Below, piece after piece: positions 1 through 13,192 of a stretch of DNA of 64,000 bases. The translations under genes were made by a program, and so were the position numbers. The notes under the pieces are model-generated. The model did no database searches. It was given only the letters and a program-made list of their open reading frames with translations, and was not told the DNA's origin. The DNA is taken from NCBI RefSeq assembly GCF_964355755.1, contig NC_092672.1, forward strand, positions 4,092,001-4,156,000. The letters run 5' to 3'. Position 1 is the first letter of the stretch. Each line of letters opens with the position of its first letter. The stretch is from Antedon mediterranea (lineage: Eukaryota; Animalia; Echinodermata).

Positions 1-286
1 AATAACAGAATCATCTAAACTATGGAATTCTCTACCAAACAATATAAAATCAGAACTCCATAATATGTCTTTGGCAACTTTTAAATCTTCACTATAGATA
101 ACATATATCTTTAACCTTTTTACCTTCACAATTGTAAATAGTTTTATATCTGTTTTCTTTCTTTTTGTTTTTCTTTTATATTTTACTTTTTTTGTAAATA
201 TGTTTACTGAACCACTTTGGAAATCAGTACATTTGTATTGAAAGTTTATTTCAGTTTAAAGAAAGAACAAATAAAAATAAATAAAA
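1..286 (+). mobile_element. LINE 3' end fragment (CR1/L2 group)
   Basis: Encodes KLWNSLPNNIK...FKSSL*, then a T-rich UTR and an (AATAA)n tail. Confidence 0.55.
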
Positions 287-449
287 TCTGAATAAGAAAC
301 CCTTGGAATATAAATACATGTACAGTATTCCTAAACAAAGTGTTCCACAATTGAATATGGTGCGAACAATGTGAATTACACTAATAATGACCCAAAGGTA
401 GGATCTACTGTTGTGTAAATATATAAATTTGCATATTAATTATACTAAC

Positions 450-3400
450 CTTAATAGCGAATATACTAGATGGTTCATTTGACTTGAACACTTTGAGAAC
501 CTCTCCATATGCACCTTTGTTTATGTGGCATTGAATCTACAGAAACGAGATAAATTATAATTACAACATTTGAAAAGAATACAAGATTTCTAAACATTTA
601 TTGTCTGAAACATGATAGCTTTAAATGCACTTTTGTGTTAATGTTACGACATTACACTCTCACATGTCGTAAAGACAACATGAAATTTACGTCGTTTATT
701 TCTACTGGAACTGTAGGTACCATATAAACGATAATAACTTGCACCCAAGAAAGCAATTATGAAAGATATATAAGAAAGCAAGTGTAAGTTATACTGCTAC
801 ATTGTATTATCAATGCTTTTAGCAGTATTTAACAAATTCTTGTCCTTTTAAGCTCTGTCTACACTATCAAACTTTGTGTTATGTAATATGCCCATACAGT
901 AGATATGATGATGATGTAATATCACTACTATATTTGGGCATATCACTACCATATTTGTGCACATCAAACTAGATCGCTTTAGCAGTATTTAAAAAATTCT
1001 TGTCCTTTTAAAGATTTCTTTTAAAGATTACTACAGTATATTTGGGCATATCACTACCATATTTGGGCATATCACTACCATATTTGGGCATATCAGACAG
1101 GGCCTTACTTGTTGTTCTACAACCTCCTTAAGTACAATAAAAGCTGAACTACCATAAATGACACATTTCACCAAAAAAAATAAAACATACACATAATTAA
1201 TAGAGAATTAATATATCTTACAATATAATAAAAAATAATATAAATATAAATAAATAAAACATTATAAATATTAAAAATAAATTAATATTGTAGAATTACA
1301 AACTAACATTTTTAAATATATTATTGTTAATAATAATAATAAATAAATAATAATATGTTTGATCATATAAATATGATATTATAATTTAAAATATATTTAC
1401 AATCAAGTAAAAAATATGTAAAAATGTTTTATCAAATGCAGGGTGTCATTTTGTAAAAAAATCCCTGTTTATAGTTAAATTGTAAAATATACCATTAAAT
1501 ATCTATAAGCGACACTATACATTACAAATCCCTAATGTACACTGTCGTACATAATGACATCCGCAATTATTGTTCGTTAAATTTTTGAATGCAATTAGCA
1601 ATGAAAATTATTATATTTCCTAAAATAACCTGATTATTTTTCCTCTTGCGGTTCTACAATCACATGAAAACTCACTGATAATTAATCAACATCTTATTAC
1701 TTCCTTAGCTGAGGTAATTAACATAATTATGATCCAAACTATAAACACAGAAATAAAAAAAGTGATATTATTTTAATTTAAAGATGTATTGTCCCCCTGA
1801 AAAAATAATTTGTAAACATTTTTTTGTTAAATATACCATTTTAATGTCACATAATAGTTATCCACTTTGACCAAAAATTAGATCGAAAAAAAAATGTATT
1901 TACCTGAAAAAACTGTAATTTAAAGCAAAAAATAGTCAAATTGGCTGCCAGCAAATGGATTTTTGGTTAAATTTAACCATTTATTTTGTCATTTTATAAG
2001 TGAAAACGTTGAATTTTTTCTTTTTTTTTCTACGGAAGTGATTAACTTTATTAAAACTACAAAATAACCTATTCAAAGTCTGATTTAATTAATCTTCATT
2101 TTTCATGTTTTTAGGGGACAATACATCTTTAAGTTTATTAGACACAGTTAGTACGTTCAAGCATGGTGAGGTAATTATTTTTTCATCCATGATTCAATAT
2201 ACAGGCTATTTTTAGTTTTAGATTTTTTAGACTTTTTATTCAAAGATTCTTCTCCAAAAGCCACTTTCTTGTACATATACAAAAGAAACACTATTATGTT
2301 TTACTTTACTATGGCTTAAGTCAAGAGAGGGTACAACAATATAACATTTGCTTGTACACAGTTATGTAAACAGAAGAGAGGTCATGTTGAACCAAAACAT
2401 CATTTATCAAAAGAGGAAACTATGAAATGGTTCCAGCAAAAGTATAGTATGATGGTGTTCTGCTTCCAGGCCAATAATTTCTGACACTGACTAATATTTT
2501 TCAGTCAAACGTCGACAGTAATGAATGCACACAGTTGGACCTACGGTTTATAGTTCTTATCTTATCCACCACCAGAACTATGAGTCGGCATTGAACCCCT
2601 GCTGATATTGTAGGCTCTTTAGGTACTGTAAACAGCGCCCCTGCCTTAACAGCTCAGCTATTTGACTCACTTACCCTGGTATATAAGCTCAAATTTTACA
2701 ACATTTGGAGAGGCTTTCATGCTAAATTAAATCCAAGTAAAGTTCTGATCTAGGACACAGAATATGCAAGCAAGACCTTCGAATGAGATGTATTAGTCAC
2801 TGGTTCGATGTACATACATATCAAAATAAAGAACTTGGTACACATTAAAAAAAGAGTACAGTAGGTGATGATCTCCTGGTGTGCTAATCTTGCTGAATAC
2901 TGAATACTGAAAAATGCTTTATTTGTCCATTATCATAATATAATAACAATTAGAAATTCTTCTTAAAGATTGGCAAATCATCTTGTTCCTGTACTGGGCC
3001 TTCTGGGAGAACAGCTTTGAATTGAAGAGGTCACATCGTGTAAATAAATTATTAAAAATTGGTCCTACAAGGAAGTTTCTAATTATAGAAAAATGAAATA
3101 TGAAAGATTTATCTTCTGCTGGATAAAAAAAAAAGCTGAAGAGCTAAAGATGTTAAATGCACATCATTTGTGAGAATAAGTAAATGTTTCCCAAGCTATG
3201 TGATAGCGCAATAGTGCAATTATTCATCTTAATAGACCACCGCTGCATAAATTTGTTCGCTGTACAAGAAAATTGCAAAATCTATCAATACACAGAAATT
3301 CCAAATGTTTTACTGAGAAGTTAAAAAGAAGTTATGATTTATTGTAGCATTCCAGTGTAGTTGTATTTAATAACTTAAAATTTAATATTTTTGGTAATTA

Positions 3401-6400
3401 TCTTTAATTTAATTTATTTTTTTTGTTTTGCGTATTTTATTTATTTTGTATAATAATAGTTTTTTTTTTTATATACACATCAAAATAACTGTTTATTGTA
3501 AATTTATTTTAGTTATGGTCATGGGACTGCGGACTCTTGTAGTTATTGTAATCTTGTTTACCTTAGCAGTTCCTGGCCAATTCCTCTCTTATATTTAAAA
3601 TTATGGTTTTTTGGTCAAATAAATAAATGAAACATAAACAGTTATAATATAATTTTAGCTTTTATTGAAGGTGACCAAACATCTGGTTCAATTTAGCCTA
3701 CTTATTTTTTATTTTCTTTTGAATGTTTACTTTATACTGTTATATACTGGTATTCTAATTTCTAATTTCTTTCATATATCTACACTGTACTATATTATTT
3801 ATCACTAAATTTTTGTTAAATAAATTGTCTGGAATTTTATATTTTATTTTTATTTTTTTTATTCAATACGCTCATCAAAATCTGTTATCACATTTAAAAC
3901 TAAACTCAAAACTCATCTCTTCAGAGAAGCATAATCGCACGCTACTACTTGCACTGATCTTGGAAAACACAGCGCTTTGAAACCTTTGTCTCTTGCGCTT
4001 TATAAATGTTATTTATTATTATTATTATTATATAAATAATAATAATACAATAACACCCTATTCAGGGGACACCACTATTAGGAGACAGTTTTCTTTGAAA
4101 TAAAGATGGGCAATTATGTTTAAACACTGCAAACCTTTGTCCGGGGGATATTCCTATTAAGGGGTTCATTCCTATTAAGGGGTTCATTCCTATTAAGGGG
4201 TTCATTCCTATTAAGGGGTTCATTCCTATTAAGGGGTTCATTCCTATTAAGGGGTTCATTCCTATTAAGGGGTTCATTCCTATTAAGGGGTTCATTCCTA
4301 TTAAGGGGTTCATTCCTATTAAGGGGTTCATTCCTATTAAGGGGTTCATTCCTATTAAGGGGTTCATTCCTATTAAGGGGTTCATTCCTATTAAGGGGTT
4401 CATTCCTATTAAGGGGTTCTATGGTAATAACAAATAATAATAATAATACATTAAATATTTGTTATTTATACTATAGTATACCTGTTATTTTGTGTTCATT
4501 GTTTATATATTACTGTTGTCTTTAAACATTTATCTAATTTCGCTAAATATTCCGCAGTTCTATTAAACTATTTTCCAGTAATTGGCCAGATCATTCTTGT
4601 CTACTTCTCCATCATCTAAGCTGATCTTGAAAATCTCAAATAGTTATTAAAAGCACTTTTTCATGATTACGGCCGTAACATTTTAATCAAACGACAGCAT
4701 TCAAGACTCTTGTATACAGTAACCTTAATTTCCGTACATCTTTCAAAGAAACCTAATTTTCAGAGAATTTGAACTAAATTGCTTTTTGTCATGAACAAAT
4801 CTGTAGTGTAAATACCATTGACTTTAAATAAAAATGTCATAACTTATCATTTTTATATAATAGCAGTAGCAGTTTTTTCACAAAAAAGCTGGTCTTAAAT
4901 TTATCAACTAATCAAAAGTGCTAATTTATATCTAGAGTATTGTCATAAACAAGCATAACTTTATACATATCATTCAAAAAAGATATATTGCCATCTTAAA
5001 AAATGTGTTAATAATGTTGAATATGCCATTTTAGTGCAACATAATAGTTTTTCACTTTCACCAAAAATTGGATTGAAAAAAAAAAAAATGTATTTACCTG
5101 AAAAACTGTAATATAAAGCAAAACATAGTCAAATTGGCTGCCATGCCAGCCAATGGGTTTTTGGTTGATTTTAACCATTTATTTTGTCATTGAAAACATT
5201 TTTTTTTCTATAGAAGTGATTAACTTTATTAAAATAACATATTCAAAGTCTGATTTAATTAATTCCTCATTTTTCATGTGTTTGGGGACAATACATATTT
5301 AATTAACAAAAAAAATTATTTTGGATCGGTGGAACTCACAAAATGTAGTGCAAAACAAAACAGAAAATGATGATACAATAAAGAAAACATAAAACTAAAT
5401 GAAACTAAAAATATTTACAAGCAACTATACAATAAATCAATCAATCATTGGGAATAAAAAAATACTGTTTTTGCTAAACAGAAGAACATAAATAATTTTT
5501 ACAGAATTTGTCAAAGACATTGTTTGATTTGTCGGAAAGAAAGACAGGCTCTCCTCCTCAAGAGGAAGAAGATTCGCATTGCTTTCAAGTGTAAAATTGA
5601 TTTCAGAAATCTTTGAAAAAATCCATATTATATTGAAGAAACAATCAGTGGGGTATTGAGATGATAGCCTAACCAAGGTGCATGTCAAATGAGAGACGCC
5701 TTGAGTGATACTATCACCTGAAACGTTAGTAATGTCTGAATCGCATAATGAATTGCACATTAAAGGTAAAATCATTCAATATATAGAGGATGGTAAATAT
5801 TAGTAATAAAATCTTTTTATTAAAGATGTATTGTCCCCCAAAAACATGAAAAATAAAGATTAATACAATCAGACTTTAAATAGGCCATTTTGCAGTTTTA
5901 ATCAAGTTATTCTGAAAAAAAAAACCCCAAAATTATTAATTTACTTAAAACAAAAGAATTCACTTATTTTTAACCAAAAATCATTGTCTGACAGAATATT
6001 TTTGCTTTAAAATTACATTTTTTTTCACAGTATTTTTTTGTGATGTGATGTGGTATTAATATGTATGTGATATTGAAATGGCATATTCAACAAAAAATTT
6101 GAAAAAAAAAAGAAATTTCATATATCAATATATGGACAAGGAGCTTCTTATTGTCTCTTTTAGAAGTCTCCAGTTTAAAGTTACGTCAAATAATTATCTA
6201 AATATTTACCTCGTTGTAAGGAACGGTAAGGGGGAAATTTTTTAAAGCGCATCAGAAATCTAGGGGCATATTTTTAAATTGTTTATTAAGCAGTAACGGT
6301 AATACAAATATAGAAATCTATGCTTATGACCATTTACACACACAACGCATAGAGGACATGTGGGTAAGCGCATGATACAGATTATACATGGGACAAGCTA

Positions 6401-9400
6401 CGCGGTCTTCCGCTTACCGTTACTGCTCGTCTGTGTAAATTGGGTTTTAGAGCTTAGGATGTGTTTTTCATAATATAATAACGCATATAATAAATTTGCT
6501 AGCCTGATATTTTATGCTAGGCTAGTAGTACTAAACTAAGCCTTGCACAGACGTGGACAAACTTCAAAATAAGAATAATATATTCACATATAAAGTCGTA
6601 GGTCTACTTTCCTCTGTAGTTAACATGAACAGTTTGAAGGAGACAAATGCACTTGATTTAAAATTTGTGATAGAGCAGGAATAGCGGCATTAGAATGTAA
6701 TGTTATAAGGTATTTATTATTCTTTGCATTGCTAATGGCAACGATGTTGAAAATTGATCTCTGTTGAGATGGATAAGCTGCAAAATTTATAATGCAATAA
6801 TCGGTGGGATTCTCCCGTGGGAATAAGCTTTCAGAAGGGATTTATAGGGAATGCATTTGCATGTACATTTAGTATCTTAGTACAGCTTGTTATAACTGAA
6901 CTGTTAAATGCATTTATTGTTTAAGATTATTTGCAAACTATAAATTATAATTTTAACTAAATTATGTTTGGGTAATGCTGATGCTTGGCGTTGACTACCA
7001 GTATTATTATTAATCAAAAATAATTCAGTGAACATTTTAAAGTATAACCATCACCATATTGGTGCTTTCATAAATTGAAAAACAGTTCTCAAAACAGGTA
7101 CACTATCAAACTTTGTGACAAAAAAATGTGGTGTGCCCATAGATGGACATGATGATGTCATATCATTACCATATGTGGGCATATCACTACTAGTTTGATA
7201 GTGTAGACAGAGCCTTATGCCTTTTGGCAGAATACACATGTATTGCATAACAGAGACAAATCTGCCATGTCTTGAAAAGATACGCCCACTTGGGGCAGAG
7301 TACACTGTTTAATAGGGGTCTTTAATGAAATTAAATGAAAAAGAGAAATAGTCCAATGTTGGGTTATCCAGGTATAAAATAGGCACGAAGTAGATAATAT
7401 AAGGTAAAGTTTATGGAAAAAGGACTGAAAACCATTTGCAAACGACTAGTAGAGATACTGTATTTAGAGAAAATTATGTTGTTGAGCATTGTTCTTTTTA
7501 AAAACCTTGGCTTAAGGCACATTGTTTAAAACTACAAACTTCTGATGAAGTATAATTCATATTGCCTTAAGCTAAAATTGAATTGTCATTAGTGAAAATG
7601 AAGATTAAGAATTGTAAAATTGCACAACTTGTTTTTGGTACAATATCTTTAGAATTATGATTTATTAAAATGACAATAAAGATAAAGTTGAGTTATATCA
7701 TGTACAACAGCATTAATGGAAATACTAAAATCAAAAACACTAATTTCACTGAAATTGGTATTAATTTATTTACCAAAACTGTTGGTGCTTAATATTTCAT
7801 AGCTTACAGCTATTGCTAATGTACCTGTATTGGTACTTAGCGAAATTGGAATCTTAAAGAACAGAGCGTGTACAAATTGTCTTAAAACACACTAGTGATA
7901 ACCAAATCACTGTATTAACAAAAGTAGCAGAAAAAGAATTAGTATAGTAGCAGTTGTTAAGCACTATGTAAAATTAGTGACATGGGAACAATTGGTGGTT
8001 GGTAGTCTGTGTGTTTATGAAATTTGTAAAGCTCTGTCTGCACAATCAAACTTTATGTGATGTGCCCATATATGGACATGATGATGTCATATCATTACCA
8101 TATTTAAGCATATCACTACCATATTTGGGCACATCACACTTTTTTGTCAAACTGGTTTTGCTGAAGGATTCTTCTCTATTTTGCTATAAAATTACACAAA
8201 ACAACACTGGTGACGTTACAGTACCTGGATAAAACGACATTAGCCCTCTCCCAATAAAGACAGTATAAACTAGTATAATACCCGCTCCTTTGGATAATGG
8301 AACCGTTCTCACATTTACCAATTATTTTCATTTAACAAATACACTATAACTTTTTTAATAGTATCAATTGCTTTGGAGTGGGCTATTTTTATCAAGGTAC
8401 ATACAGTATTTAATATTATAGCTAGGCATGAAATAGACAGTCCATAATTACTGTATAACCATTACAGAGTGTCAGTCACCTCATATGCTGGGAATGATTA
8501 CATCACCTCAATAATTAATGTTAATGATACAAGAGAATCACTGAACCATGAAGGATGCTATGGATCACTTGCCAGTAAGTAAGCTCAACATGGCATATAC
8601 TCTTGTGTACTGTATTTGTTTAATCATTATTTCCATATAAAAAATTAGCATATTTTATTCCCTATATTTTGTTAAAGTTCCAATTAAAAAATGCGAAATA
8701 GAAATTGTAGTTTTGTTTTCCTTTATATTTATTAGTTTATGTAATTTTTTTTTTTCGTATTTAATGTTATATTGGGGTGATTTATTTATTGGAAGTTTAT
8801 CTAATTAACTAACTTGTTTATCATAATATTTTATTGTATATTATTATTACAAAATGATGACGCTACTACGTTGGATGGCTCCCTCATTATCCGATAGGGG
8901 TGCTATTTTATATATACGGATTTTCTTTTTTCGTAATTGTATCCTCTCTTGGGAAAGAGAGGCTATATTGTCGGTTTATCCAGGTAAGCAGGCACGAAAT
9001 AGACTATGTTGTTATATAAATAGAAATTAAAATGAATATGAATGTATGTATGTATTTAGGATAATTGATTTTTTAACAGAAAAGATCAAATAGATCCAGT
9101 ATGATAATAATCACTGCTTTACTGCGTTCAATGTTTGACTAAGTAACAGCAATACAAAATATTATTAGAATATGCATGGGTGTGCATTATAACGATTTAA
9201 AACCATTATAACCTTGCACTATTAAACTATAAAATATTAATACTGTACATTGCTATGTTAAGAGTGAAAAAGTGGTCTAATGGTAGGGTGCCTGGAATAT
9301 AAGCACACGTATCAGGGTTTGAATCTCATTGATCTTTTTTCACCAAATAAAGTTCTCTTAATAGTACAGCACATTGCACAACAATTCAATTAAATAATGT

Positions 9401-12400
9401 AACTTCATTTCACAAACTGACTGATATAAGAGTGATATTACATCATCGATCAATTCCTGTCGAGACATTCATTCAAATCCCAGGGGAGACAGACATATTA
9501 ATTTCTTATCATAACTTTCAATTATTTCAATTATGTGGCACAATGTTTGCAATTCAGACCATAGAAATTTATGTCATTTAATCAACTGACTGATTCACTA
9601 TCTTTAATTAACAAGCTAAACAATTGTTGTCCAAATTAATGAACACATCTTGAAGATGCATCATGATTACAAAGATGATGGTGGTGATGATGAAAAGTGA
9701 AGATGTTGAAAAATGATGATGATGATGATGATTGAAAAAAATGATGAAAAATGATGATGTTAAAAAGTGAAGATGCTGATGAAAATTGATGATGATGATG
9801 ATGGTGATGATTGAAAAAATGATGATGATTGAAAAAACATTTTTTTTAATTTATTGATGATTGAAAAAACCCACAATGAAACATGATGATGATAATTAAA
9901 AAATGACGATTGAAAATAATGATGATGAAAAATGATGATGATGATTGAAGAAAATGATGATTAAAAAAAATGATGATGATTAAAAAAATGATAATGAAAG
10001 ATTATAAATATTGATGATGATGATGATAAAGATGATGACGATGATAAGGAAGTTCATCCATCATTTCGGGCCCTGTTCCTTTGGACAACCTTCTCCCACT
10101 CTAATTTAACCATGAGCATACACCCTAGAAAATTCTGGTTTACTATTTCATTTTCCCCACCCACCCTTGTATGTTTGGTCCCATCCCTAGAACCCTAGAA
10201 GATAATGATGATGACCATTACAAATGATCTCTTAGGCACACTTAAGTATAAAAACCAAACAAACGCCAGAATGAAAGAAACTCATTATTCGTTATTTACT
10301 CAGTGGTGGTAGCCAATTTATTCCAATCAATATCATTTAAGTATCTATTCTCTACGATAAAGCATGTACTTAATGTTCAATGGTTATTGATTAATATGCA
10401 ATGTGTATATCGTAACTGTGATACTGTACTATTTGTTATACATAGTCAACATAGCGATAATGGTATAAAAAGACAAAATACCGAAAGTAAAATACCAAAA
10501 ACTTTTGTTGAATATAACTTTTTTTTTAAATATTTCATTTTAATGTAACATATAGTTATCCACTTTGACCAAAAATTTGATCCAAAAAAATTGTATTTGT
10601 TCCTGAAAAAATATAAATTAAAGCAAAAAATGGTCAAATTGGCTGCCAGCCAATGGATTTTTGGTTGAATTTAACCATTTATTTTGTCATTTTATAAGTG
10701 AAAACATTTTTTTTTTCTATGGAAGTGATTAACTTTATTAAAACTACAAAATAACATATTCAAAGTCTGATTTAATTAATCTTCATTTTTCATGTTTTTG
10801 GGGGACAATACATCTTTAAGGTTTAAGAACACAATGACATGGAATACAAATTGAAACTACCCTGACTCTGGAAGTGCTCAATATATGTAAATATAAGTCA
10901 AGTCATGGAGGTTCCTCCATGGTCAAGTATAGTCCCAGGAAGGGGGGGGGGGAGGTGCCTGAGTACAAACTTCTGTGAAAATTAGGGAGTGGGATTATAC
11001 TCAGTGGCATAAACAATAGATTTACCAAAGTCTTGTGTCTTAATTTACCCAAAATAATTAGAGGTTAGGATTATACTCAAACATAGAATTATATTTCATC
11101 ATATTTTTAGAAATGCCAGAATGATGAAACCGGTACTTTAAAATAAAAACACGTTTTGATATTGAGTGCTGTTGTCATGTACAATACAGCAACTGTCGCC
11201 CTACAATGTTGTGTACATCCATGAAAAACAATTTTTTGCTTTAAGGGCTGATATTGCTAGTAAGCATGGTTGTCGGTATACAGATGCCTTCTTTATATTT
11301 TCTAAAAGCAGACATGCACACTGCTCTATATTAATAGCGGTTTGCACAGCTCGTGGCGAATGCTAATTACCGAAATGCAAAATATTTCTACAATAATCGC
11401 GATAGTTGTCATATTTTATGATTTATTAAATACTTAAAATTCCAATTGCTAGATCAATTATACATGCAGCCAGTTGATTGAACAATTAATTGGTTGGATA
11501 GATAATTAAGCTATCAACGAGCCTTTTAATGAGCCAATCAATTATTAATTACAAATCCTATTGCTGCTATTGGAGGGCATCCACTCAATAGAAATCATTG
11601 TTTGTTTTTAGAAAAAATTACAGACAATGATATAATTATTTGTGAATCATTATCGCCTTATAAATAAAACTATATAATATTATATATAATTTACCGTTAC
11701 AGTATAGTGACATAAATGTTATCAAAGTATAAATATTTAAAGCACACGTTATATTATTATTATTATTGTATTGTTAAAACTGTCAAGATACTATAAGTTT
11801 TCTTTAATATAGGACATGATAATTATGATGTAAAATGTATATGCTTGCTGTTTTACAGTAAATTTAAATATGTTATTACAATATTGCCAATGACAGTTTT
11901 ATGCTTGCATCTTATCGGGGATTATTGTTGCTGTGACCCAAACCTATAACCTTAAAGATAATCTCAGTAGGTGCGAAAATGCAGTAGCATCATACCATTG
12001 CATCTTACCTTATATTCCGACTCTAGCCTATTGTGTTTGACTTTGTATTCTGGAAGGAACATAACCTCACTCTGTGGAATTGGCCATGATGTTTGTGAAG
12101 CCTGGTAAGGGTCCCTTAGGACGGATGCCTTCCGACAGTGTCTAGTAGCTTTGGACCATGTTCTCTGAAAGCCTTGCTCACTGACGCTTTTATGCATGTA
12201 ACGGTACGCTATCTGCAAATGAAAGAAACAAAAGAAAGATGTAATAGCAAATGGCCATTTAAATGGTTAAATTAAATTGGGTGGATGACTGGGTGTTGGT
12301 GGTGGTTGTAGGTTCGGTGGTGTTTGAGGGTTGGTGGTGGTGGTGGTTGTATGGTTGGTGTTGGTGGGTGTATGGTTGGTGGAGGTGGGTTGGTTGGTGG

Positions 12401-12876
12401 TGGTGGTGGTGGTTGTATGGTTGGTGGTGGTTGTAGGGTCGGTGGTGGTTGTAGGGTCGGTGGTGGTTGCAGGGTCGGTGGTGTTGGATGACCGGGAGTT
12501 GGTGATAGTTGTGATGGGTTGGTGGTGGTTGTTGGATGATGTAGGACTAGCTAGACCCATTAAAAAAATAAAAACATATTAATTTATATATACACACACA
12601 CAACACAATACTTTTTTAATACCAAAAAGATAAGTCTATATAAATCTTAAAGCCTACACGTCAGAAATATTCATTCCCTTTGTGTAGTGTTTGTTGCCTG
12701 CCAGCCACACACACACACTCTCCTTTCCCCACTCCCTCCCCAGTCCACACCCGGCGTGAGATGAGTACGGCTTAGACTCTAGAGCAGACAAGAGCGCTAG
12801 GCAAATTGTGGTGGTGTGGCGGGTTTTTTGTTCATCTTACCTTTTGCCCTTCCTTGCCTGATTGTCGGTTCCCCAT
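450..12876 (-). CDS. RSKR: Ribosomal protein S6 kinase-related Ser/Thr kinase (RSKR/SGK494-like), 5' part; gene continues off the left edge
   Basis: Minus-strand exons 12841-12876 (MGNRQSGKEGQK), 12009-12212 (...SWPIPQSEVMFLPEYKVK...) and 450-536 (IQCHINKGAYGEVLKVFK...IFAIK, the kinase Gly-loop and AxK lysine). All are GT-AG, phase 0 and in frame. The WP(I/V)PQ...FLPE motif before the kinase domain matches human SGK494 as I recall it. Confidence 0.8.
1782..2128. mobile_element. Kolobok-like MITE (~350 bp), family C
   Basis: TIR AGATGTATTGTCCCC...GGGGACAATACATCT flanked by TTAA on both sides. Other copies at about 4980-5300, 5823-6110, 10495-10815, 28923-29224, 37950-38243, 43510-43839, 60475-60750. 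Confidence 0.75.
3870..4030 (+). mobile_element. L2-type LINE 3' end
   Basis: FKTKLKTHLFREA* then AGCGCTTTG...GCGCTTTATAAAT and a (TAT)n tail. A similar remnant lies at ~32715-32850. Confidence 0.6.
4150..4419. repeat. 18-bp minisatellite (TTCCTATTAAGGGGTTCA) x ~15
   Basis: Perfect tandem copies; source of the spurious (MNPLIG)n ORF. Confidence 0.95.
9660..10047. repeat. Degenerate (GAT)n/A-rich low-complexity tract
   Basis: Repeated ATGATG and GAAAAA units. Confidence 0.85.
12280..12545. repeat. Degenerate (GGT/GTT)n repeat in RSKR intron 1
   Basis: GGTGGTTGTA-type units; source of the poly-V and poly-T ORFs. Confidence 0.85.
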
Positions 12877-13192
12877 TATTTGGCATTTCACGGCCGTAAT
12901 CTACAGCTGATTTTCAAATGACAGTACTCTTCACCTTCAACGGAATACGCTTTTACATTTGATTATTTTTATCCATTTACATTCTTTACTTCTAAGTGTT
13001 CCAGCAGACTTTTAACTACCAAAACAAAATCAAGACCAGTCTGTTCAATTCAATTCTGTCTTCTAATTTTTCTCTCTCTCTCTGTGTTTTTAAATACCGC
13101 CCTCAATCACAAACACATGGAATTTCATTCATAAATTTTCAGTGTGAAGAATTGTCAACAAGAAAAGAAGAGATACTTATTTATTATAAACA
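12877..13192. promoter_or_regulatory. Putative bidirectional promoter RSKR/TMX2
   Basis: The divergent start codons are 316 bp apart. Confidence 0.65.

Noticed and set aside
4062-4403. 113-aa (MNPLIG)n ORF
   Set aside because: Translation of an 18-bp tandem repeat inside an intron; no splice or homology support.
5437-5775. 112-aa ORF as a gene or RSKR exon
   Set aside because: The RSKR exons join without it and it has no recognisable domain; possibly a decayed retroelement, which I cannot support further.
12267-12582. Thr-rich and Val-rich ORFs (mucin-like or membrane protein)
   Set aside because: Both come from a GGT/GTT low-complexity repeat in RSKR intron 1.
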